DNA from: an uncultured bacterium
Lineage (GTDB): Bacteria > Babelota > Babeliae > Babelales > Vermiphilaceae
Direction: 5' to 3'
NCBI GenBank assembly: GCA_963702025.1
Contig: OY969699.1
Location: forward strand, 448,001 to 512,000
Length of the DNA stretch: 64,000 bases
Positions 10,523 to 19,847 of this stretch are shown piece by piece; position 1 is the stretch's first letter; each line of letters opens with the position of its first letter. Position numbers and translations under genes: made by a program. The notes below the pieces were generated by a model. That model saw nothing but the letters and a program-made list of their open reading frames with translations, did not search any database and was not told the DNA's origin.

Positions 10523-11116
10523 CTAAGGAATCATTTTTATGCCAGAGATTAAGAAACAACGTAAATATTCTCGAGAAGGAATATTCTTTGCAAGAATCAC
10601 TAATGCTTTTTCATAATCAACAATAGCAGCCTTTTTTTCAAGCATTGCTTTAAACAATTGATAAAAATCCTGTTCTTCTGCGGGAGTATATGAACACTGA
10701 AGATAAGCAAGAAGATAATCCATCGGCATTTGCCCCGATCCATTGAAGTAGTTTGCATTGATATTTTCTTCTTTTAATAATCGCATAAGAAGAGGATAGT
10801 GTAAGCTGTCACCCTGCATGGCAAAATGAAGGGCGGAGCCACCTCCGGTGGTAACATTGATGGCGACATTTTGTTTGAGAGCTTCTTCTAGATCCGGAAG
10901 ATTATGAGAGAATGCTGCGTATAAAAACTTTTCTTGAAGAGGAGTCAATTTTTGATCGGCAATGAGCGGATCAAATAAATACTTTTTTTCCAGCGCAATT
11001 TCTTCTCCAGATTTATGCGCTGCAGCTAAATTTCCAACGGTAATAGTCGGTTGATTTTCCATAGCATGGTGATACCCGCTCCAAACAAGCAATAATATCA
11101 CCACATATTTCTTCAT
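10523..11116 (-). CDS. Secreted ankyrin-repeat protein (signal peptide + AME)
   Basis: MKKYVVILLLVWSGYHHA|MENQ; GGSALHFA and GQMPMDY ank-like motifs; start trimmed to remove overlap with the upstream gene. Confidence 0.75.
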   Translation of the reverse strand: MKKYVVILLLVWSGYHHAMENQPTITVGNLAAAHKSGEEIALEKKYLFDPLIADQKLTPLQEKFLYAAFSHNLPDLEEALKQNVAINVTTGGGSALHFAMQGDSLHYPLLMRLLKEENINANYFNGSGQMPMDYLLAYLQCSYTPAEEQDFYQLFKAMLEKKAAIVDYEKALVILAKNIPSREYLRCFLISGIKMIP

Positions 11117-11120
11117 GTTA

Positions 11121-12437
11121 TTACTTAATGTTAGGAAGTTGCCGAACTGATAAACTGCGTTCAGGATTAGAATTATACCAAATATATTTTCCATTGCTGC
11201 TAAAGAATTTGTTGCGCTCGAATGGATCTGAGGATGGTGATGGCGGTGCCTCGAAATCACCGGTAGCCACTATATCGCCGTTGGTATTATCAATTACTAA
11301 TTTTTTGGTAGAAGTATCGACGATGATATGGCGCGGTGAAGCATAGAAAAGATTTATGAGCGGAGAGTCTAAGTTGAGCGTGATGGTCCCCTTGTTTTTT
11401 GGATCTAGATTTCTTGATTGAAAAATAAGATCTTCTCCATTTGCGGTAATTGAATGAGAAAAATCGAGTGAAATAAATCCTTTTGTGATCGAATTGTTTT
11501 TCCAGGTGGAATCAGTTGAGCCAGCACTAACATTATAAACAGCGCCTTGATCTTTTTGATTGATGAGTAATTTGGTAGCAAGAGCATTAAATGCACACTG
11601 AGTAAGCGGAGAATCTGGCGCAGCAAGTTGGATCATATGCAATGTTTTAAATGCGCGGTCCAATAGTGCAATTTTTTTATCTGTTTGCTGTATCATGATA
11701 ATGCTGCCATCGGGTGAAAATGCCTGCAAATATCCGCAGATTATTTTAACCTTTTGGTCGGATAATAACTTGCCGAACTTTTTAATCGGGTAGAATTGTG
11801 ATGCATCATCAGAACGGGAAACGATATATTCGCTTTGCGGATCTTGAAGAGAAATATTTTTGTAAGAGCCCAATTTGTGCTTTTTACCCGATGAAATCTC
11901 AATGACCGTAACTGAATCATCATTAATTTTTTCTAAAAGATATTTGCCATCATACGTAAAATTTTCTCCACCCACCAGACGATCGCCGAGATTAACTACT
12001 TCCTTGCCCTGCGTATCCCAAACCGTTTTATTATAATGGAGTTCTTGCCCTAATGCTCTTTCTGCATAAAATTGGGTCCCTTGACGATTCCATGTCACGT
12101 TCCAACCGGAATAGGGCAGAGTCCAAAGATAGTGTTCTTTATCAATTTTATAGAGATGAAGTTTGTCATGCTTATCCCTAATTGCGATATGTATACCATC
12201 TGGAGCAATGTAGGGCTGCATTTGACAATCTTGCACGTTAAACTGTGCAAACCCATCTTGCATATTTGGATCGGCTTTTGCCTTGTCTTGTTTAGGGCTA
12301 AAGGCTTCCTTTATGGTATCTATTTCCTCAAGCGCATCAGCCACTCCGGCGATTAGTGTACCTTCTACGATTTTTTCCATGCTAGTAATAGGGAGATAAG
12401 ATATAAGCAATGCCAGAGAAAGAATGATTCTTTTCAT
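11121..12437 (-). CDS. Secreted beta-propeller (WD40/TolB-like) protein (signal peptide + SME)
   Basis: Repeated blade motifs APDG, WNRQG, FTYDGK, FSPDGS, FSSNGK. Confidence 0.7.
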   Translation of the reverse strand: MKRIILSLALLISYLPITSMEKIVEGTLIAGVADALEEIDTIKEAFSPKQDKAKADPNMQDGFAQFNVQDCQMQPYIAPDGIHIAIRDKHDKLHLYKIDKEHYLWTLPYSGWNVTWNRQGTQFYAERALGQELHYNKTVWDTQGKEVVNLGDRLVGGENFTYDGKYLLEKINDDSVTVIEISSGKKHKLGSYKNISLQDPQSEYIVSRSDDASQFYPIKKFGKLLSDQKVKIICGYLQAFSPDGSIIMIQQTDKKIALLDRAFKTLHMIQLAAPDSPLTQCAFNALATKLLINQKDQGAVYNVSAGSTDSTWKNNSITKGFISLDFSHSITANGEDLIFQSRNLDPKNKGTITLNLDSPLINLFYASPRHIIVDTSTKKLVIDNTNGDIVATGDFEAPPSPSSDPFERNKFFSSNGKYIWYNSNPERSLSVRQLPNIK

Positions 12438-12518
12438 TGGAATCCTTTTTTTTAATAACCATTAAATTTGTCTTAAGTCTTATAAAAATTATACGGGCAA
12501 GTCAAAGAAATGGTAACT

Positions 12519-13406
12519 TTAGTCGCCCAAAAGACTCGTAACATATTCAGTTGCATCAAATGCTTTAAACTGTTCCGGCTGTTCGCCATAAGAAATATAG
12601 GCGATAGGTATTTTGAGTTCATTGCAGATGGCAAAGACAATGCCTCCCTTACCCGTGCCGTCCATTTTAGTTAAAATGACTCCATCAATGGGAGTGCTTT
12701 CATGGAACAATCGCGCTTGATCAAAGGAGTTTTGCCCGAGCATTGAGTCGATAGTCAACAAGGTGGTGATTTTTTGGTGGGGCAGTTGTGCGGTGATAAC
12801 CCGCTTAATTTTTTCCAGCTCTTTCATTAAATTTATTTTTGTTTGCAAGCGGCCTGCCGTATCAATAATCAGCACATCATAGGTGCCCTGTTTGAACTTT
12901 TGAATGCCGGTAAAAATAACCGAGGCAGGATCTTGGCCCTCGGCACCCACCACAATATCAGCGCCTAATTTTTGGGCCCATTGCGCCAGTTGCTCGGTGG
13001 CAGCGGCCCTGAATGTGTCGGCAGCAACAAAAAGTACCCGTTTGTTTTCTTGCTTATATTGGTATGCCAATTTTGCCGCGGCAGTGGTTTTTCCGCTGCC
13101 ATTAATGCCAACTAACATGAACAAAGTACTCTTTGGCTCATACGGTTCGGCTTGCACTATCTTTTGTAATTCTGCTTGCAACAAAGATTGTAAATCAGCC
13201 CCTTCTTTGAGGCTACCATGCTTCCAGGCATCAGTGACGGTTGTCATGATTGCACGGGTTGTTTTTATGCCCGTATCGGCGCTGAGAAGAATTGTTTCTA
13301 GTTCTTTGAGTGCCTGCTCATCAATGGGGCGGGCAAAAAGCGCTTTGATTGGTGAAGAAACGGTGTTGTATATTTTGGTGAATGTTTTTTTAAAGAAACC
13401 GAACAT
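12519..13406 (-). CDS. ftsY: Signal recognition particle receptor FtsY
   Basis: GINGSGKTT, DTFRAAA, DTAGR, TKMDGTGKGG. Confidence 0.97.
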   Translation of the reverse strand: MFGFFKKTFTKIYNTVSSPIKALFARPIDEQALKELETILLSADTGIKTTRAIMTTVTDAWKHGSLKEGADLQSLLQAELQKIVQAEPYEPKSTLFMLVGINGSGKTTAAAKLAYQYKQENKRVLFVAADTFRAAATEQLAQWAQKLGADIVVGAEGQDPASVIFTGIQKFKQGTYDVLIIDTAGRLQTKINLMKELEKIKRVITAQLPHQKITTLLTIDSMLGQNSFDQARLFHESTPIDGVILTKMDGTGKGGIVFAICNELKIPIAYISYGEQPEQFKAFDATEYVTSLLGD

Positions 13407-13434
13407 CTCTGTAGCCTATGGTATCGCATTTTCC

Positions 13435-13517
13435 CCGTTCGCTTAGAGCGAAGCGTTAGCCGAGTCGAGAAGTTTTTTTATACCTCTCAAATCGAGCTTC
13501 GCTCACCTTCGAGAAGG
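13435..13517. repeat. REP-like palindromic element (degenerate pair)
   Basis: CCGTTCGCTTAGAGCGAAGCGTTAGCCGAGTCGAGAAG followed by a CTTCGCTC-containing partner. Confidence 0.6.
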
Positions 13518-13615
13518 ATGAAGATGATTTATATGTTTTTAAAGTTAGTAATTCATAGATTAGATCAAGTCTTGATCAATAGCTAGTGCAAGTAATGTTT
13601 TCTTAATTTATCCAT

Positions 13616-15026
13616 TTATGAAATTAAACAAGTTTCTTTTTGTGGCGGTTTTGGTGAGAATCGTTCTTGCAGAATCTCCTGAATGCGGGTATTTTGCGAA
13701 GCTTTGAGTACTTTGAGTAAATCTTTATTCAATGGTTCATTATTGGTTTGTTGCTTTTGCAATGTAATAAGAGCCAGCAGTTCATCAGGATTACTATGAT
13801 TATGTAATGCTTTATGGGTAACATGTTTATAAATATAAATTTCAAATGAATAAGTGCCAGGAGAAACAAAATAAAGTGCTTTATGAGTAGTAATGCCTCT
13901 AAAATACTTTTTATGGTTTTGGGCTAGATGTTCAAGTGCATCTCTTGAACATGAAAGTTTATTATTCGTACGCAGATAAAAATAAGTCTCGCCATCAGAG
14001 CATAGTGCTTGGGAATAATTTAAAATTTTATAGGTATTGGTATTGGTATCAATGACCATTGATTTACTTACTGGTTTTTGTCCTACTCGTTGATGGCTTA
14101 AATCAACATGAATCAGGCGGGGGTTTTCATTTCCTTCATCTAAATAAAGGGCGGGTGTTATTGAATTTACAAAGCTATTGTAATATGAAGTATTATAATG
14201 CAATGGCCCTGATCGTATAATGATTTCATCGTATGGCGGCGTGCAAAGAGCCCTTACCGGTGAGTTTTTTTGGTCGTAATATTTATTAAAATCAGCTGAA
14301 CTTGCAGGAATAGTAATAATTTTTTTAGGAATTTCTATAGCAAATTCACAATCGGCATTAGTGATAGTTTTGCTTAAAAATAAATGATGTATCGGTAACT
14401 CTGCTTAAATGCCCCAGATGATAATGGCCCCCTTCATGAAGCTTTATATATTCTTTTGTTTCTAAATCCAAGAGAAATACTTTTTGGGTAACCTGATGTA
14501 AAGGAGAGCGCACTAAAACATACCGCTTGCAAGGAAGTTCTTCGCAGAATAAAATATCACGAGCATCATTTTCCGGTTCATCTACCAGAGTTAGTCGGTC
14601 CGTTTCTAAATCTAAAAAGCGAATTTTGCGCTCGAAATAACTCATCATAACCAGATAATTTTTAAAGAGCTCAAGCTGAGGCATTATATCCAGGTTACTA
14701 CATACTTTTTTGGCTTCAGAGTTATTTATTTCTTCAAGTAATGGTGCTTCATTGTTAAAAATAAAATGATGGAAATGTGCTTGAATATCTTCCGGAAGAG
14801 CTTTTATTTTTTTAATAAGAGCAACCAGATCGGTAGCCCTGGTTTCTTTTGAGGTAAATTGGGCGATAATATTTTTGATTGCGATATCCATTAAGCTCGC
14901 TATGGTTGCCGGTTTATCTTTATCTTCTTGAGTAAGCTGAATTACTTTTGGCTCTGGCATCTCCATTGCCGTTGCCGCAAGTGGGCATAAGCAGGCGAGT
15001 AAAATGAGTGTTCTTAATAATTTCAT
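13616..15026 (-). pseudogene. Frameshifted secreted SOCS/BC-box-like effector paralog (ORFs 14358-15026 + 13616-14203), ends CLIS
   Basis: The downstream frame stays open back to the A5 run at about 14376-14380; joined length of about 470 aa and C-terminal THKAL...ELLALI match the neighbouring paralogs. Confidence 0.75.
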
Positions 15027-15042
15027 AATTCCTCCATTTTGG

Positions 15043-16353
15043 TTATGTGATCACGCACCTTTGTTTTTTATCGGTCTCTTCATTTTCATTAATCTCTTTT
15101 TGAATGGTGACGGACCCCTTGGCGGTCATAACCACTTCAGGCTCCTTTGAGAAGCATTCTTTAACAATTTCTTGAATACGCTCATTTTTTGAGTTTTTGA
15201 GTGTTTTAAAGAGATGTCGATTTAATACTTCATTATTGTTTTTTTGTTTTTGCAAGATAATAAGCGCAAGAAGTTCTTGGAGATTACTATTTTTTGTCAG
15301 TGCTTTATGGGTAATATATTTATATACATCTCCTTTTTTATCGATCATAAATAGATAGGTATCATCTATGAGTAAAGCAGGGTTAGCTTTCTCGGGAATT
15401 TTAATCTCTAGATCAAATGGCATAGATATACATTTGATTTCTTGAGAATTTAATTGCGGAATAGATAAGCAGCTAAGCTTTTTTTTGATAAAATAAAAAC
15501 CATGCGCTGCATCTGAAGTTATTACTGGTTGTTGCTTAATGATTGTATATGTTTGTGTCTGAGTATCAATAACTATCAAAAAATCAAATAAATCGGATTC
15601 TAGGTTTGGAATAACTATATTGGTGGTATTAAGACCAATTAGTATTTGTTGAGTAAGTTGATATTTTCTAGTGCAAGTAACTTGTATTAAATGTGGGTTA
15701 GGTTTATCTGCATCTAAATAGCGTACCGAGCATGAAAATTGTTGCGGGTCAATAGCGTCGTATGAAGTATCAAAAATAATTTCGGGTTCATTTACTTTTT
15801 TGACTGTGACACGAATAGCGCCATCTACTATACCCACTTCAATTTTTGTATTTTTATTAACTTCTGTTGGTGTTTCAAGCTTAACAGAATCAGGAAGCGT
15901 GATGGTGAGATTTTCAACGTTCCCGGTATCTCTATTTAATGCTTGCAAGATTATATTTCCATTTGATGCAGCAATTAAATTTTCTATGTGATAATTTCCA
16001 TTACTCAGTCTTGCGATATATTGAGGATCAAAATTATTAATCTCTTCAAGTATTAATGTTTCATGTTTAAATAAATAGACATACAAATAATCGACCAGAT
16101 CTTGCGGAATTTTGTTAATTTTTTCATAGAGCGCAATAAGCTCTTTTGTTGTGCATTGTTTTTCTTTAAATTTTTTAAATAAATTGTTGCACACAATATC
16201 TATTAATGGAGAAACTTTAGGAGTTTCTATCGTATTAGATGATTGCATAAGTGGTATATAGATTGGTTTATCATTGTTCGCCGGTATCTCCATTGCGGTT
16301 GCCGCAACCGGGCATAGGCCGGCGAGTAAAGTTACTATTCTTAATAATTTCAT
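15043..16353 (-). CDS. Secreted SOCS/BC-box-like effector paralog, ends CVIT
   Basis: MKLLRIVTLLAGLCPVAATA|MEIP; SPLIDIVCNNL...KIPQDL; shared C-terminal domain. Confidence 0.75.
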   Translation of the reverse strand: MKLLRIVTLLAGLCPVAATAMEIPANNDKPIYIPLMQSSNTIETPKVSPLIDIVCNNLFKKFKEKQCTTKELIALYEKINKIPQDLVDYLYVYLFKHETLILEEINNFDPQYIARLSNGNYHIENLIAASNGNIILQALNRDTGNVENLTITLPDSVKLETPTEVNKNTKIEVGIVDGAIRVTVKKVNEPEIIFDTSYDAIDPQQFSCSVRYLDADKPNPHLIQVTCTRKYQLTQQILIGLNTTNIVIPNLESDLFDFLIVIDTQTQTYTIIKQQPVITSDAAHGFYFIKKKLSCLSIPQLNSQEIKCISMPFDLEIKIPEKANPALLIDDTYLFMIDKKGDVYKYITHKALTKNSNLQELLALIILQKQKNNNEVLNRHLFKTLKNSKNERIQEIVKECFSKEPEVVMTAKGSVTIQKEINENEETDKKQRCVIT

Positions 16354-16370
16354 AAATTCCTCCACTGTTT

Positions 16371-18089
16371 TCATGATATCGGACAACCGAAAAGACTTTG
16401 CGATTCTTCGTTAATTTCTTCTATTTCTTCTTCATTTTCTACGTTCTGATTATGAACGAGTAATGATGCAACTGATTCCTGTGGTTGCAGCGGCGCGTAG
16501 CGTTCTTTTAGTATTTCTTTTATGCGATAATTTTTAGAGCAATTGAGTATGTTCCAAACATACGGATCAAGTTTTTTATGATTAATGTGCTCTTTTTGAG
16601 CGATAATCAATGCGAGTAGCTCTTCGATAGTAGAATCTTTTAACAGTGTTTTATGCGTAGCATACTTATAGAGGCATGTACCATCTATAAAAAATACATT
16701 TTCTCCATTGGGTGAGAGCCCCATCGGTTTTTGTGCAAATGTACTAAATGATCCGATATGTGATGTTATTGTTTGAGATTGCTTGTCCTGGGTTGTGCCA
16801 TGAAGATAATCATGGCATGCCAACTTTTTGCCATAGCGAGTAAATCCTAACAATGTGTCAGCCGTGATACAGATTTCATCGCAGTTGTTGACTGGTATGA
16901 AGGCGCAGGTGTCTTGATGAATAAATGCATTAGTGGAAATGGCAATCCAGTTTTGTATGTTTTTTAAAGACATAAAGTGTTTTGTTTTGAGCTGTGCACG
17001 TTTGATAGAAGAAGGATCAATATATACAGTTTTTGTTATGTTACCTTTTTTAAATGAAAAGGAAACAGATTTATCAGTATTTTCTTTAAAAGACGTTTTA
17101 TGTAAAAAATTGTTATTTTTATGAAGGCTTTCAGCAAGTCGAGTTAAACTTTCTTGTATGGAAGTATTCCGATCTATAGTAGTAATCGTTTTGGTGAGTT
17201 TTTCCTGATCCACAAAATACATATCCATTTCTTCTGCGTCCGGCTTATTAGCGTAGAAATTATTATCAAGTGCTATAGTAGTTACTTGGACGGTAGTATT
17301 AGGAAGTATTGTTTTGATGCACAAAGAGTGGCCATCTTTGGTAAAATATGCCTCTTGATAGGGTTCTTCTTGTTGCCAGAATAGACACTTTCTTTTAGTT
17401 TCCAGATCAATGATGTATAAGGAAGCTTTTACTGCTTCCGTCTGAGAATTTTTTTTACAAAAAAGAGCAATGTATCGCTTATTTGGTAACAAAATAGCCT
17501 CACAGGGGTAACCGGTAGTAGTTTTTCCTTCGGTTATGCTGTTATCTGCATAGTTTATGATGGCAAACTTACCCAAACCGCCATATATAGTGGCAGTATT
17601 GAAGAAGATTGATATATGGCTATCATCCAAAACATAAATCGCAGAATACTGATGCGTATGAGTTACAAGTTTATCGGTTAACAACAGTGGTTGTGAATCA
17701 TTTATCGATTCTAAAAGTTCAGCATGATATTTGAGCAGATATGCACACAAAGAATCTTTTATATCATGGGGCAAAAGCTTAATGTTATTGAGTAATGCAA
17801 TAAGTTTTTTGTTGCTCGCTGCATCAGATTTGAATTGATCAAGTAATTGTTGGCATGCTATTTCTTTTAAACTGCGCATTCCCGGTTCAAATGGTTTGGC
17901 ATGAATAACATCAGCCGGATCTTTTGGTATTGGCTCGGGCATTTCCATTGCGGTTGCCGCAAGTGGGCATAAGCAGGCGAGTAATGCTAATATGAGTCCC
18001 GTTCGCTTGCCAGCCTTCGTTAATGGTATCTCTCGACTCGCTTGCGCTCGCTCGAGATGAACGGCTGATAATATTCTTAATAATTTCAT
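16371..18089 (-). CDS. Secreted SOCS/BC-box-like effector paralog with in-frame REP insertion in its signal peptide, ends CPIS
   Basis: RSLKEIACQQL...LLPHDIKDSL; beta-rich middle region; shared C-terminal domain. Confidence 0.75.
   Translation of the reverse strand: MKLLRILSAVHLERAQASREIPLTKAGKRTGLILALLACLCPLAATAMEMPEPIPKDPADVIHAKPFEPGMRSLKEIACQQLLDQFKSDAASNKKLIALLNNIKLLPHDIKDSLCAYLLKYHAELLESINDSQPLLLTDKLVTHTHQYSAIYVLDDSHISIFFNTATIYGGLGKFAIINYADNSITEGKTTTGYPCEAILLPNKRYIALFCKKNSQTEAVKASLYIIDLETKRKCLFWQQEEPYQEAYFTKDGHSLCIKTILPNTTVQVTTIALDNNFYANKPDAEEMDMYFVDQEKLTKTITTIDRNTSIQESLTRLAESLHKNNNFLHKTSFKENTDKSVSFSFKKGNITKTVYIDPSSIKRAQLKTKHFMSLKNIQNWIAISTNAFIHQDTCAFIPVNNCDEICITADTLLGFTRYGKKLACHDYLHGTTQDKQSQTITSHIGSFSTFAQKPMGLSPNGENVFFIDGTCLYKYATHKTLLKDSTIEELLALIIAQKEHINHKKLDPYVWNILNCSKNYRIKEILKERYAPLQPQESVASLLVHNQNVENEEEIEEINEESQSLFGCPIS
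17998..18066. repeat. REP-like palindromic element inside a CDS
   Basis: CCCGTTCG...CTCTCGACTCGCTTGCGCTCGCTCGAGATGAACGG; absent from the two paralogous 5' ends. Confidence 0.75.
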
Positions 18090-18107
18090 AATTTCCTCCA
18101 TTATCTT

Positions 18108-18611
18108 TTAACTATTTTTCTTGATTTCGCGAAGCGGGATGCTCAGATGTACTGCGTGAAGCTTTTTGCCGCCGATGCGATAAGTATTTTCTTTTGTTGA
18201 AATCGGCAGATTAGGATCAAATTTTTGAATGAACCGTTTGTAGGATTCAAGTAAGTCATGCTGCGAGATGCCATCATCGGTTGGCACAACTTCCCATTCA
18301 ACAAGATTACCTTCGTGAGTTTTTATATCTTCTAAGCATTTCTTGAATAATAAAAAACCGGTCCCTTTTTTGCGATATTGTTTTTGAACATAAAATGAAT
18401 CGATTGTCCAGTTTGTGGGTAACATACAATTTTGACTATAGCAAATACTGCCTACTTCAGCATGAGCAGCGCGCGCAGAAATAACATAATTATCCCATAG
18501 TTTATCATAGACTGGGCTTGATATGATCACCGGATCGGTTTGAGCCGCTTTTTCCATTGCCAATGTTTGGAGTGCAAGAGTGCCGACAATGAAAAATAAT
18601 AAATGTTTCAT
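18108..18611 (-). CDS. Secreted GNAT-family acetyltransferase (signal peptide + AME)
   Basis: IDSFYVQKQYRKKGTGFLL acetyl-CoA motif A. Confidence 0.8.
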   Translation of the reverse strand: MKHLLFFIVGTLALQTLAMEKAAQTDPVIISSPVYDKLWDNYVISARAAHAEVGSICYSQNCMLPTNWTIDSFYVQKQYRKKGTGFLLFKKCLEDIKTHEGNLVEWEVVPTDDGISQHDLLESYKRFIQKFDPNLPISTKENTYRIGGKKLHAVHLSIPLREIKKNS

Positions 18612-19819
18612 TATTCTGCTCCCTTATTATTTTTAGACCTTTTTGCTATCTCTTGATCTTCAAGAGCAGGATTATCTTTTCGTTTAGCGCTATTATCCGT
18701 TGGAGTGTTTATTTTATCGTCACAACATGTTGCCATATGTTCTTCGAGTGCTTCCTTTGTTTGATGTACTTTACTGCAATTGCGGCATTGTAAGTGTATC
18801 AATTTATGCTCATACAGGGTTCTCTGAGTGGAGAGAACCTTGCCGCATTCATCACAAGTTCTTTCAGATTGAGATGGATTTTTGTCAGGGTTATGTTTGT
18901 TTAATGTGTGGTTATTTAAGATCCACTTGTCGGTAAATCTAAGTATACACTCCTCACATTTATACGGTTTAGCCTCCTGGACTGGCAGGTCATATTTTTC
19001 ATAATGTTCACCACGAATATGCGATATTAAATATGTGTTTGAAAACTGTAGATGACACCATTTGCATATTTTAGTATTTTTTGCGTCATCTTTAATTTGT
19101 TGCAGCTTATTTTCAACCATCTCTGGCTTTTGGGTTCTTCCCGAATTGTTATTTTCCTCAGACGCTATTTTGAGTTTATTGGAATTATAAAAAAGTGTTT
19201 CATCGCTATCTAAGTCATCTGAATCGATTCTTTCCTCAGATGCTCTGGGTTGGGCTAATTTTAAATTTTGTGGTGTTTTTTTCCGAGAGACTTCAGCATT
19301 TTCAAGCGAATTAATATAGAGCGTGGTGTTATTATCATCGGATGTTGATTCATCGTTACCGTGTGCCCTTTTCATATGCCGCGTTAGACCGTATCGTCTT
19401 GCAAAAGTTTTGGTACAATGCTCACATGGTAACTTTTCGGTATGATTTTTTTTGTGTTGATTAAGTTCCCATTGGGTACAAAATCGCAAAGTGCATTCAT
19501 CGCAGGCAAAAGCGAGTGCCTCTTCTTGCGTAAGTCCAATTTCTTCATAATGCTTCTTTAAAACATGGTTTTTTAAATAGTCATTCTTGCTAACTTCTGT
19601 TCCGCACCATTTGCATATATTGGTACCTTTGGTGTCTTCTTCAATCTTTTTTAATGCTTCATTGTGAGCCTTGATTTGGGTTGTCCTTGTGCATGCTGCA
19701 ACAAGTGCGGCAATCGTTTCTGGTCGTTTTTCCATTGCTCCAAGTGGGAAAAAGCCAAATAAACTAAAACAACTGATTAACAAAGTTTGGTCAATAGTTG
19801 AATTCATATAATTCTCCAT
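18611..19819 (-). CDS. Secreted multi-C2H2 zinc-finger protein
   Basis: Six CxxC-x12-Hx3-4H-type fingers plus one C2HC finger; ...PLGA|MEKR; C-terminal KRK-x11-KRSK. Confidence 0.85.
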   Translation of the reverse strand: MENYMNSTIDQTLLISCFSLFGFFPLGAMEKRPETIAALVAACTRTTQIKAHNEALKKIEEDTKGTNICKWCGTEVSKNDYLKNHVLKKHYEEIGLTQEEALAFACDECTLRFCTQWELNQHKKNHTEKLPCEHCTKTFARRYGLTRHMKRAHGNDESTSDDNNTTLYINSLENAEVSRKKTPQNLKLAQPRASEERIDSDDLDSDETLFYNSNKLKIASEENNNSGRTQKPEMVENKLQQIKDDAKNTKICKWCHLQFSNTYLISHIRGEHYEKYDLPVQEAKPYKCEECILRFTDKWILNNHTLNKHNPDKNPSQSERTCDECGKVLSTQRTLYEHKLIHLQCRNCSKVHQTKEALEEHMATCCDDKINTPTDNSAKRKDNPALEDQEIAKRSKNNKGAE

Positions 19820-19847
19820 TTTTTTACTTATTACTTTTTACTTCTAC

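Noticed and set aside
11117..11260. His-rich N-terminal extension of the 10523 ORF
   Set aside because: Overlaps the upstream gene in another frame; the true start is the MKKYVV signal peptide
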